A DNA stretch of 64,000 bases from Marsupella aquatica (Eukaryota; Plantae; Marchantiophyta), in contig OZ316896.1 of the NCBI GenBank assembly GCA_973895155.1, positions 1,674,001 to 1,738,000 on the forward strand. The letters run 5' to 3'. The position numbers were made by a program, and so were the translations under genes. This document shows positions 1-11,384 of the stretch, piece after piece (position 1 is the first letter of the stretch; every line of letters begins with the position of its first letter). Below the pieces are notes generated by a model, which worked only from the letters and a program-made list of their open reading frames with translations, was not told where the DNA came from and did not search any database.

Positions 1-557
1 AATCGCTGACGAAACTCTTCGCCCTTCATTCCAAACAATTGTTGCCCGGCCTCATCCCAAACATGATAGCTCCCTTCTTTCACCCGAATGGTGAACATAA
101 ACATAAGCACTCCTTCGCCTAGCGGTTTACACCTATGCCCTACTCGATTTCGGCTAATAGGGGTTCCCATGTCGGTCCCCTCTTGTCTTTTCTGTCGAGC
201 CCTTGTGCCTAAGGCACAGACCTTGCCATCTGCTAGAAAGCCATCGCAACCTTCATAACAGAACTCTACTCCTATCCGGCCACTAATCGCGATGATCGTC
301 GCCTCTCCTAATTCTAGCCTTTCCGCCATTCTAACAGGATGCAATGAACTGCTACCGGTCCTTGCGTGCTGCTCCCTAAATACCCTGGATTAACTTCTGG
401 CTGACGCTTCTAAGACTAAAGGACTATAATTTAACCGGTGTAATGTTACCGTTTACAGCACCCTGCTGCAATGTTTCCACCCTTGTGTTGGCCTGCTTGA
501 GCGCATCTCTCAATGTGTGGGCAAGCTTGAGCCCCTCATGGGCCCCTTCACAAAATC

Positions 558-1570
558 CTATAATTCCGCCAAGTAGACCTCTGGAATGTCATAACCAAGG
601 GGCTCCTCTGGGTTCCCCACCAGAGATTCTAGCCACTCCAATGTGTACTCCTCATCTTGGATGTCCTCCTCAACTTGACTGTCTCCTATTCCTGCTGACA
701 CTGCTCGCACTTTCGTGACTTTCCCCGAGATGGTAGTGGCAATGCTGCGGATTTCCGTGGTAAGGGATGACCCCGCTTCTTCGGGCCCCGGGGAGGTAAT
801 CAATCCTTCTACCCTGGCCAACAAAAATGACCCCATCAAATGCAAAGCTTCTCCTGGTTTCAGACTCTTGGGTTTAGTAGCCAATAGCTTTGTCAATCCG
901 TAATACCACCATCCGTAAGCATGGGCTGGATATTTCCAAATATCCAGAGCAATTATGAAATGCTCCCCGTTCACTACCCCGTATTGCACATTACCGAGGA
1001 CCCGTTGATGAACCTTGGCCAGAAATCCCTTGTGTGCTGCATCCTTGACAGCCGAGAGATGAATGGCCGTGGTGGAGGTAGGATTGTTCACCCAGCATGC
1101 CACCATTGTCAACGTGAGATCCCCGACGATGTGTCGCGGGGTGAATAAGAACTGCTGGTTCTCCAAAAACAAAAGCTTAGCCAATTCGGCATGAGGTACC
1201 AAACGCTGAATACATGCAAAATAAATCCCCTCCGTGCGCAATTCCATTCCAGCCTCCAAGTCCCAACTCTTCCCTGGAGGGATTCTAATCTCTACTCTCA
1301 TGAAGTCGGTGAGCCCGGTGGCCTGGAACATAGCTTTGCAATCCTCCATCACCTGGCAGAGGTCTTGGGATAAATTCGACGAAAAACCTTCCTCATAACC
1401 GGTGCTGGACTTGCTGCCGGTCCAGTGCTCATTGCCGCTCTTCTTTCTTCTCTCTCCTCCTCAATTAGTGTCGCAATGTACTCATGGTAAGCGGCCTTGT
1501 ATCTACAAATGCGAGTCGCGCTGAACTCAGGCTGATCAAGCATCCATGCCCAGGAACAATTCCCAATCAC
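558..1570 (-). pseudogene. Frameshifted ORF pair (73 aa + 264 aa), probably a transposon accessory protein
   Basis: Overlapping minus ORFs 1349-1570 and 558-1352 with globular composition and an acidic tail. Weak pattern resemblance (FQATGLTDFM, HAELAKLLFL) to the core domain of the ORFs at 5477-7792 and 8751-11384. Lies in TE context. Confidence 0.35.
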
Positions 1571-1849
1571 AAAATCCGGTCACCACATTCAAATCCTGGC
1601 CCGAATGGCCCCCGTATCACGATTAAGAACCATCCTCAATTTCCCCAAAAGTCACTCCATGCCCTCGCCGCCAATGCCTGGAAAAAAGTGAGCCACCAAT
1701 CTTCAATAATTAACCATGAGAGAGCTTCAAAAATAATTGCAAGAGCTGGAGAGAGCTTTCGGCAATGAGGGAAGTCACGCACGGCGGAGAAAGGAGAGGA
1801 AAGAAAAACCAAAGGAAAAATAACAAAAAAAAGAACAAAGGGGAACCGA

Positions 1850-2820
1850 GTTCTCCCCTTTATCTCCAGTCCTCATGTCTCTGCGCCTGCCCTGACTCGC
1901 GGCTGCCTGCTACCACCTGGCTACGGCCTCCCGACTACCGGGAGCATTAATGCCCCCCCGGCTGGCCACGGCATCGCCTCGCGGTTGCCTGCCCCAACTC
2001 CATTCTTGCGGGAGAGTTAATACTCCCCCCCGTCACCTTACTCGCCCCTCACCAGCATGCCCGCGGCTTCACCTCGTGGGGCCCCAATGGGGTATTTAAC
2101 CCCTTTTAATCCTTCCCCTTTGGCGCATGATTGCGCGCTCCTTGGCCCTGACAGTGCCTCGTGGCTGCCACCTCGCGGCGCTCCTCCCTATGCAAGGCCT
2201 GCCACCGCAAGTGCCACCTGCCTCCCTCCTGGCTCCATTTCCTTTCGCAGCACGCGGCCCTATGCAAGGCACGCTGTCTCATTACTCCCGGCCTCTCACT
2301 CCCGGTTATGCCTCCCATCTGTGCCTCCCGTCTGTGCTTGGCCCCCTCATGGGAGGGTATAAGGTGACCCCCCTGCCCCGGATTGCAGCGCCCCATTTTG
2401 GGGGATTTAATTCCCCCCGGCAGCCTCACCCTGGCCATGGTAGCGCCTCGCGGGCTCACCGGCTCGCCTCGCGGCTACCTGCTTGCCCTGGCTGCCATTC
2501 GGTACCCTCCCGGGAGGGTATAATGTGATCCTCCCCGCAGCCTCCTTTATCTCCGGCCTGCCGTAGCGCTCCACTACCCTGGCGCCTCCTCCTCAATTAG
2601 CACTCGCGGGGTGCCATTTTGGGGTTTTAAACCCCCCTGTTCTTTCCTTCTAAATCCCCTGCGCCCTGGCAGCCCCTTTTACTCGCGGAGCCCTCCGGGA
2701 TTCCATGTGTCAGCACCTAGGGTTGCCCCTTATGGGCTCCCTGGCAGCATGCTTCCCTATGCAAGGGGGCTCGCCTTCGCCCCGACAGTCTCCCACTGCA
2801 AGCCTTCGCGGTAGCACCTA
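1850..2820. repeat. GC-rich degenerate tandem repeat block, TE non-coding type
   Basis: Recurring modules TTAA(T)-CCCCCC, CCTCGCGG, CCTATGCAAGG (~2187, 2259, 2756) and GGGAGGGTATAA (~2351, 2512). ORFs here are low-complexity shadows. Confidence 0.55.
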
Positions 2821-3118
2821 AGCTTTTAACCAAAAAACAAAGCACCCCCTCATATACCCTTTTACCTTAACTCTTAAAGTTCTTCTCCCTACTCCTTGCT
2901 ATTGGGGTCCCCAAAAATGGCCATAAAATAATGGAGAATCCCCCAAAGCAGAGCCTTCCATCAAATTCTATTTCTAAGGGGCCCAACGTATAAAATACTC
3001 CGGTCCATCATAAGTGACGGAATTAACTTCAAAAATTAAAAAAATGGCGTATTTACAATGGTTATTTACATGGCACAACCTCAGTAAACAATTAAGGAGG
3101 GTTTTCAGTGACGGGAAC

Positions 3119-4163
3119 CCCGTCGACACAAGATAAACTTGTTCCCATGAACCGTGCGGTGATCTTTACGAGGCAGTGGTTGGAAGACATTCTCACAAAA
3201 ATTGATATTTTGCCTTCGGCTTCTGTAGTGATTTTCTCCACGATTCCTCCGTTGCCATTCGCGGCCTGCTTGGAGAGGTCGATGTTGTGTGTGAGAATCA
3301 CCTTTCATCCGATTGCAATGTTTGACAGTGTGTGGAAGGAGGGATCTTGTATCCAAGGCCTGGTGGATTCATCTGAAAGGGCACTGGTGAGTATTGGGAC
3401 GGGCACGATCTCTTGGCGGGGAAAATATCTCTGTAATGCCCGTTTGTTGTAGTTGTCGACTATTTCTCTATGTGTGCATATCATGGTCATCGAGGCGTCA
3501 CTGAAATCATGGGCTTGTTGTTTGGACATGTAACATCGTCTCAGACTCTCATCGATCGATTCTTGGGTAGGGAGGCCTGTGCGGATGTTGTTAAGGAACT
3601 CCATGAACTCCCTGTCTGTGCTCTATTTGAGCACACTGCTGAGGTGAAATTTCCGCATGGTCTCAAAATATGGCAACGATGAGAGTTGGTACAACCTGCA
3701 TATGTTGTTGGTGTGGTGGGTGCAAACCGAAGGCAATTGGCACATGTCTCCGACCAGGATGACCGTCTTATTTTGGAACAGGTCGGATGAGCGGTCCTCG
3801 TCTTGGAGTGTCTCGTGTAGTCTTGTGGAGACGCAATGCAACAATTTGGGTGCAAGCATGCTTGCCTCGTCTATGATGAACACGTCATTGTTCCTCAAGA
3901 TGTGGTATTGGGGACTGGTGATGTGCAGAGGCCTGAGCTCTCCGTGTATTGGAATGCTGAACAAGGAATGCATTGTCACCGCGTCAGCGTGAAGGTTTAT
4001 GGCAGCCGCGCCCGTGGTGGCACACATCTTCACCTTCCTCCCTTTATATGTCTAGTATTTGTTCATGTACAAGATGAAGAAAATCTTGCCCGATCCCGGA
4101 TTTCCAACGATCATGAACAGACCGCTCTTGACATCCTTGAGTGCCTCAAACACTCTGATTTGG
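3119..4163 (-). pseudogene. Pif1-family SF1 helicase portion of RepHel, C-terminally truncated
   Basis: GNPGSGK (Walker A), ATTGAAA, TMHSLFSIP, IIDEASML (Walker B), ILVGDMCQLPSV, FLNNIRTG, ILTHNIDLSKQAANG. Contains stops. The final TxHKSQG-type motifs are missing. Confidence 0.9.
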
Positions 4164-4697
4164 TGTTGCATCCCTAACCTGGGCCTTAAATCCAGTTTAG
4201 TTCCATGGCGCAACCTCGACCACCAGTAGGGGTGAGGGTTCGGGCAAGGAGGTGTGTAGTGGCCCCGATTAGCCCTAAGTCGGGCTAAGTCGATATACTT
4301 ACTGGTATAACATTTACGCAATTTGTACTAGTCATAGGTACCCTTCCAAACTTGATGCTCCGTCTGGTTGTTGTAAATACACAGAACGGGACCGGGTAAG
4401 GGGCATGCCCCTTCCTACACGTCGAGTACAAAATCAAAGGTTACTAGCTCACTACACAGCTCCACTCGTAAGGCAAAATGAGTGCCCCCTCCATCTAGCG
4501 CCAAAAAACCGATCGCCGTATGTCGCGTCCCTAACCTGGGCCTTAAATCTAGTTTAGTTCCATGGCGCAACCTCGACCACCAGTAGGGGTGAGGGTTCGG
4601 GCAAGGAGGTGTGTAGTGGCCCCGATTAGCCCTAAGTCGGGCTAAGTCGATATACTTACTGGTATAACATTTACTCAATTTGTACTAGTCATAGGTA
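4164..4697. repeat. 177-bp direct repeat (4164-4340 and 4521-4697): two copies of the LTR-like terminus
   Basis: Copies differ at about 4 positions (TGTTGCATCC vs TGTCGCGTCC, TCCAG/TCTAG, ACGCA/ACTCA). Each contains the hairpin TTAGCCC-TAAGTC-GGGCTAA. Confidence 0.95.
4487..4503 (-). promoter_or_regulatory. Primer-binding site complementary to the tRNA-Asn 3' end
   Basis: Minus strand reads TGGCGCTAGATGGAGGG, a 16/17 match to the complement of the plant cytosolic tRNA-Asn 3' end as I recall it (CCCTCCTTCTAGCG-CCA). It lies 17 nt past the ...GCGACA end at 4521. Confidence 0.75.
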
Positions 4698-5476
4698 TAT
4701 TTATTTTCCACCGCTGAAATTTTCCCTCAGTTAGTGACTCGGACTAACTCCCGGCTTGGGGCTTTTCAAGCCATCGACGCAACAGAACCTTGTGACATGC
4801 AATGGGTGGCAATCCCTACCATTAGTCCGCACCCGGTACGTCCCTTAAAATGGCACCTTTGCCCAGACAAAGCATACACACAACACCAGTTACTTGCGGA
4901 AACATTAGAGGGAAAAGACTATATTTACTCAGCGAAGCATCAGTTTACATGGTTGACTCGACTTCTAAGGGGGTCAGCAGACCCAACGGCAGTTGATGCC
5001 CAGTCTCTACGAGGCCCCGCCTTGCACTTGCCCAACAAGCTCAACTCTGGCTCTCACTCCTTGGTGCACTCTGACCCTACTCAGGCTGGGACTCCCCGTG
5101 TCTCACCTTTTCTTCTCCTGAGATAACTAAGCCTTCTCCCCCTACCTTAGCGGAAGGGAACCGGAGGATACTACCTTCCGGGGCAATACATACTGACTAA
5201 CTACCCTCTGACTAACTGGCCGTGCCGTACTGACTGGTTGACCATTGACGACAAGAGTGCTAACCGGAATGGCAGCAGCTAAGCCTACTGACAAAATCTA
5301 GTCCGTTGATGGACTCCATCCTACGCTGGCTGCTCCTAACTGATTTGGTCCTAATTCTTCCTACTGCCGCTAATCGGCGCCTAATGATAGCTATTCTATC
5401 GTTACGCTTAACCAAAAGATGCCGCTGACTCAACTGCCTCGCGCGGCGCCTGCTTCCACCCTTCGCTAACCACCCC

Positions 5477-7792
5477 TTACGTGTGTGTTGTGGTCGGACC
5501 AGGGTTTGTCCCCCTGTCGGGGTGAGACCTCGAGCCGCCTTGATCAGAGGTGGGCCCAGGTTTTCCCCGCTCGAGGACAAGCAGGGCAACGTGATCCTGC
5601 AAGGCCTTGTTGTCCCGCACCGCCTCCTCCACCTTGTTTGCAGCTTCATCGGCCTCTGTCTGGAGCCGCGCTACCTCCAGGTTGAGCTGGTTAATGGAGT
5701 CGCGATGGGTCTGGTCCTGCGCCAGCAATTTATCCCATTTGGCGGAGAGACTAGCTACCTGCTGAGCTGCCTATAGGAACTGTTTGTTGAGGTCGGTCAG
5801 GCTGGTAACCCGAGCCAAAGATTCTGAGCGCAATTGAAGCACGGTGTCGTCCAGCTTCTTGAGATCTTCTTGCGCTCCGCTCAACTCCTGTGTTAGTCCG
5901 TCCCTCTGTTCGACGGTGCGGACTAACTCCTCGCGACAGGTAGTGGCCTCCTCCTCGAGGTGCTCTACCAGCATTTGGAGGCGCCCGATCTCATTCCCCT
6001 TCGCCATGAGTTCTTCTTCCAAGCGGCTTACGATTTGTGATTGGTGCTCTAACATGAAGAAGGCTGGTTGAAAGTACGCCGAGACTTGTTGTCCGATGTA
6101 CGTCGCCAGTTCCCTAGACATAGTTTGGCTAAACTTCTGGACCAGGTCGTACGCCATGGTCCCCGGGGCTACTTGGTAGTCCTCCATCCTCTCGGGTACC
6201 GGTGGTTCCTCGGGCGGGGCAACGATCTCCTCCGTAGTCTGCGCTGGGGAGGGGAAGGTTTCTTCAGGTGGTGGAGGGATTGGGGGTGGTTGTACCGCGG
6301 GTAGCGGAGGCTCAACGGAAGGCGGTGGCGGAATTTCAACAGGAGGAGGTGACGGAGTATTAGTCGGGGCTTCCGGCTCGGGGTTTGGCCGAGGGGCGGT
6401 AGTCCGCGCGCTCGGGGTTGCCTCCTCTGGGGCGGGGGTGACATTAGTCAGGGCTGAGGTGGCCATATTCTTTCCTCTGGCCTCTCGCCATGCCTTGTAC
6501 CAACCAAGGATGATGGCGATATGACTTCCCAAGTAAGTCTTCCTCCCAATAGCCATACCACCCTGAGCCCGCTTCAGCTCCCCCGAGAATCTATGGTAAA
6601 AGAATTGGGCCCAGTTCCGCCGTTTGTACTGTTCCACCTGTACGATCGTGCAGAGGGAGATCTCGGATCATGGCTCAATCATGTGTAGGGTAGTCCGTAT
6701 GAAGTTAAGCCGCTCCATGCAGATTAAGTTGGTGCACGACCCCTGTTTGTATCCGTTGTCTGTCTTACCCTTGGGTTTGAAGTGCCGAGGTGTATACTCC
6801 TTATCCCAAATTTGGAGTTCAACCGGCACCGGCCCGGTTGGCAGGCAGAAGATCTCTGCCAACCGATGCTCCGTGAGTGATAAGGTCTACCCTAAAATCT
6901 TAGTGGTCGATGCGTCGGTGTCGAAATTGGAGATGAACTCACAAATCTCCTTTGGCCTGACGGCGCACGGTCTCCATAGCAAGTGAGCGAACGGCTCCAA
7001 CTGATGCTCCTTGAGATAGTCCGCATGTTCGAGTTTCTTGATCGCGATCCAGACTACTTCGGGGACGCGGATCACCTGTAATAAGTTGGACTTCGGGTTA
7101 TCCGGGGGCCGTCGGGTCTGGTTGGCCGGGGGGTTTGCCGGGGCAGGTGCAGGTGCGACGTTGGTTCGCGTTGTTGATTCGGGGGCCGGCGTCGTCCTTG
7201 GCCGCTTACGGGAACGCTGCTCGAGTTGCGGACTAACTCGCTCGGAACCCAAAGGACACTTTGTGTTGATCACTGGTCGGACTTGGGACCGGTTTGGAGG
7301 TACGCCGGTGGTCATCGGCTGAGGTGCTGGTGGTGTTGGGGTGGCCATATCCCAGTCGAAGGCGTTGGAACTTTCCCTGAGGAAAGTAAGATTACGCGCC
7401 GCTTCCCGTTGTCTGCTGATGTCTTCTTGGCGCTTTTCGGCTGCGATCTGCTGGTCTAGGTACCCCGGAATCTTGTCAAACTCCGCTTGAGTAAGCTGCT
7501 GGCTGCCCTTCAGCCTAAAGAACTTTGCTGGGACCTCAAGAATTGCCTCTACTACCGATCTAAGCCCTTCCTCGCTGAGATATAGCTCGGTGATGTAGTC
7601 TCGTAGCTTGTTGTAGTTGGAATCCCTGGTGATGGCTGTCTTCTCACAATTAACCAGTGCTACCTTGGCCACCAGCTTCGCGTATCTTCGTTCGTAAGCG
7701 GCTTTCTCGGGACAAGAGTACCAGTAAGTCTCGGAGAACTTAGCACCTACCTCGCCAAACAAGGTCCAAAATCCCAAGGCTGTAAGGATCAT
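5477..7792 (-). pseudogene. Left-arm ORF (~771 aa): plant transposon accessory-type domain (Transposase_32/PMD-like), Pro-rich linkers, NLS, C-terminal coiled coil
   Basis: Track ORFs 6887-7792, 6668-6862, 5771-6637 and 5477-5728 share one frame, split only by stops at 6887, 6668 and 5771. Motif CEFISNF...LSLTEHRLAEIFCLP. NLS-like RSRKRPR. Confidence 0.8.
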
Positions 7793-8010
7793 ACTAACCT
7801 TGTAGTCCGGTTCATCGAGTCCGCGTTCCCACCCGGCTGGTCCTCATGCTTGTGGAGGCCTTGCTTGTCCTGACTAAATCTTGCCACATTCCACTCTTAT
7901 CCCTCGATAATCTCCTTGTAAAGGTCAGCTTGATTCGAGCAAAAAGGCGAGTGAATGGCAGCGTCCGCGAATTCCAAAAGGTAGAAATGAGCAAATGGCC
8001 CGCAATGCCA

Positions 8011-8027
8011 TCGGCTCCTCTCTTATG
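8011..8027 (-). promoter_or_regulatory. Degenerate TATA-like box of the left arm
   Basis: Minus strand CATAAGAGAGGAGCCGA, homologous to 8634-8650. Confidence 0.45.
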
Positions 8028-8633
8028 GAGGTGCCAGGATGAGCCCGAGCGTGAGAAGGCCAGGCCGTTTTGGTCGTTGATAATGAGCTGAAGTTGGCGC
8101 CTCGGTCCAAGCGTGATTCCTCTAACGGATTTTTACTCTGTCGCCGCCACTGTACCTCGGTCGCGCGTAATAATCCTCCTCCTAAATTTGTAATCATTCG
8201 GTCGACTTAACCTACTCCTAATCTATTTATAATGGCAACCGACGGCTATACGTGCTATTCTACGCTACGGCTACTGTGACGCCGCCGGTACGGCGAGTAA
8301 TGAGCAATTCGGTCTAAACCATGCCTAGCACGCGCGTTAGGGGTATCTTAGGCCGCTATGATTAGCATAACGACAGTATTTAGGTAACCATTATGAGTAG
8401 GAAATCATTAGTCAATAAGGGGAATTTATGTTCGGGCTGGCGGCGCATCGCCATTCGCACGCCCGGGTTACGAGCGTGGAGGGGCCCCTCCCTCGGGTCC
8501 GTATAACAAACTTCGGGAGGCGTCCACTGACACGCGGTGACTCAGATCGGCGGAGTGGCCGGTACACTACAAGCGTGAACGGTTCAGCCTATAGGCAGCG
8601 AGGAGATGTCGGGGGATCGGCAAGCCCTCAAGG

Positions 8634-8650
8634 TATAAAAAGGGAGCCGA
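8634..8650 (+). promoter_or_regulatory. TATA-like box of the right arm
   Basis: TATAAAAAGGGAGCCGA about 100 bp upstream of the ORF, with a mirrored motif in the other arm. Confidence 0.55.
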
Positions 8651-8750
8651 CCCTTTGGAGTGCACCAGTCCATCAGTCCACGTGCCAGCTTCGACCCCAG
8701 CTCTCTCGTTCACTCTAAGTCGCCACTACTATCTCCTCTGAATATCGTAC

Positions 8751-11384
8751 ACGATCCTCTCCAGCTCGGCCATTCGATTCTGGACACAATTCCTATCTAC
8801 CGGAAGGCACTTGGCCGACTCATTGAAACACGCCAACCCGCGCCGATACGAAATCGAACGCGAGTACGAGAGAGCCATCCACCTAGTAGGACGACACCAC
8901 TACATCCTTAACTTTGACTACCCGTCTCAGAGCGAGCTTTACCGACCAGTAGAGGTATCTGGGTACTTCTTCAACGGAGACAAATATATCGGTTTCTGGG
9001 AAGCATTGCTTCGGCTTCCGGACGAGGTCTTCAATATCCCGGGTACAATTGACTTGCAACGACATCACTTCGACCACATCCCTGCTCAGGTTAGGGCTAT
9101 CATCAAAAGCGAGTCCAGCACTACCCGTTCGACAAGGTCGTCCACACTTGCTTCGGAGAACTTCTACCAGCACCTGCAAAGCTTCATGGGAACTAGACCC
9201 GCAACCACCGGCGCCAGCCCAGTGGACCCCATACCCGTACCCGTACCAACGCAGACTCAGGCTCAGGCTCAGCTTCAAGCTCAGCTTCAGTCTCAGCCTC
9301 AGCGTAGCCAACCCCCACCGCCAATCGCCCCGCCAGCAGTACAAGTACGCTCTGTCATCAACGTTGTGGACCTTAGCGACGATGACGAGGCTACCCCACC
9401 CTTGCTCAGGCGGCCCAGAGGAGTAAACACTCAGGGGGCCGACACTACATCGCCCCCTCCCCATGCTCGGACCCAAGGAGCGGCTCCAGCAGACAACACG
9501 GTGACCGTGGCCGCCCCGGGACCAATACTAACGGCGGTAGCACTACCTATGCCCGATCGAGAGGATGGGGAGGTGTCACCTTCCCCGAGCCAGTCACGGG
9601 GGAAGAAGAGGAAGGAACCCGCCACTGCATCTGGGTTACCATTGGCCATGGTAGCAATGCACCGCATGGGGGAAAACGTGCATAAGAACATCCTCCATCC
9701 CAAGCATGCGGTGTACCTGAAGACTCAGGGATTTGAGCACCTCACCGCTCTGCCCTGGAACACTTGCAGGTACTACGAGGAGGACATGACAGAATTCGTC
9801 AAGAATTATGATGACACAAGTCAGCATACTCGGCTGCGGGGAAGGAATATGTCCCTCACGGAAGAACGGCTCAAGATGATCTTCGGATTACCCGAAGGTG
9901 ACCATCGAGTCGAATCACGGGCTCCCAGGGGCAAGGGAGCCAAGTACCAATCCTTGAGTTTTCCCTCAGAAGGGGCAGTGGACAACGGGTTCGTGATGAG
10001 GACCTGCCTCATCCCCGAGATAGCTGAGCGACTGGAGTTCCAGAGGTACGCCCTCCATATGATGGAACCCCGGGGGGAGATCTCCGCCGCGCAGGTTATC
10101 CAGGTCGAGAACTATCGACCTAGGAGGTGGGCGTCGTACTTTGCTAAGAAATTCCATGAAGAGATGGAGCGGCGAAGGAAGATGTTGTACATTGGCGGGA
10201 AGGCGTATTTCGCTAGCCACATCGAGATCATTCTTGAGTGGTACGCTCGGTTTGATCGACGAACCCTTCCCCGTGTCAACGTTACAAAGCTGGTCCCAGC
10301 TAGGTGGGTTTTCCCGACCTTGGAGAGACGGCCCCAACCCGAGGCCCGAAGTCCAGCGGACACGCCAGCTTCACCCACCCCACCTCCACAAGTAGCTGTA
10401 GTCGTAACCGAGGAGGTACCGGATGGGTCGGTTATCGCAACCGTTGATGCGATCTAATAGGCCGGGCTAAGTACAGAAGTCGGTACGGCGGAGGCCTTAC
10501 CCGAGCCCGAGTCTCGCAAAGACCCACCGGTGGCTATTCCGGAGAACCGGACATTGCTGCAGGAGGACACTCCAGCCCCTTCCAACATTACGTCCCCAGG
10601 GCTGGATGTCACTGCCCCGGCCCCCGCGCGTGTTGACGTCTGCCCGTGCCCAACTCCGGACAGGCACAACCTGGACCACCCGGAACTCTTCGTACTGGGT
10701 ACATTTCTGAATGGGCTTTTGGGAGATTTCTCTCATCAAATTGCCCGGGATACCGGGGAGTTCATGGCCCGGAAGGTAGCCTGTTTCTTCAATCAGGAGT
10801 TAGTTGCCGCAGTAAAGGCAGGTCGGGCCCAGTCAGAGGCCCTTCAGAGGATAGAGCGGTACCGGGTGGAGTCCGTATACTTAAAGAATGAAGTTGCGGC
10901 TCAAGAGGCTGAGCTTCTGCAACTACGACCCAAAGTTGCAGCCGCCGATGATTTGTTAGCAAAGGCGCACGCCCTTACCGCCCTAGCCGAGCAGGCCAAA
11001 GCTGGGAACGAGGCCGAGATTGCACGACTCCGGAACCAGATTGACAGTTTGAAGAATCAAACTGTCATCTGGCAGAAGGACCTGGAGGAGGCCGAAGAAC
11101 GGGCCCAGCGGGACACTACGGAGATAGCCACGCTACAGGCCGAAGTGGCACGGCTCCAAACTGAAGCCGAGAAGCAGGACCAGCTGGCGGGCAAGCTGAT
11201 GAGCGACGCCCAGCAGCTGGAGGAGGCATGCTAGGAGGCCGCAGAGGAGACAGATGCGGCAAAGCGAGAGAACGAATCTTTGCTGGACCAGGTCCAGCTC
11301 CTCAAGGCAGACAACGACAGACTTCGTAAGCAGCGGGATGGCCGCTCCCACTCGGGTGGCTCTGGCAAGCGTACCAAGCATTAG
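8751..11384 (+). pseudogene. Right-arm ORF (~877 aa), full-length paralog of the left-arm ORF
   Basis: Track ORFs 8811-10457 and 10530-11234 and the tail to TAG at 11382-11384 share one frame, with stops at 10455, 10458 and 11232. Shares FWTxF, EAxLxxP...FDxIP, DNG, ERLxF...LHMxEP, SHIxIILxWY and EVARLQTEA with the left ORF. Confidence 0.8.

Noticed and set aside
4487-4503. tRNA-Asn gene
   Set aside because: Only the 3' 17 nt including CCA match and there is no cloverleaf. It is a PBS.
4052-4678. Two ORFs with near-identical N-termini (RKCYTSKYIDL...)
   Set aside because: They are read-through of the 177-bp non-coding repeat. Only IRVFEAL...GSGK is real helicase.
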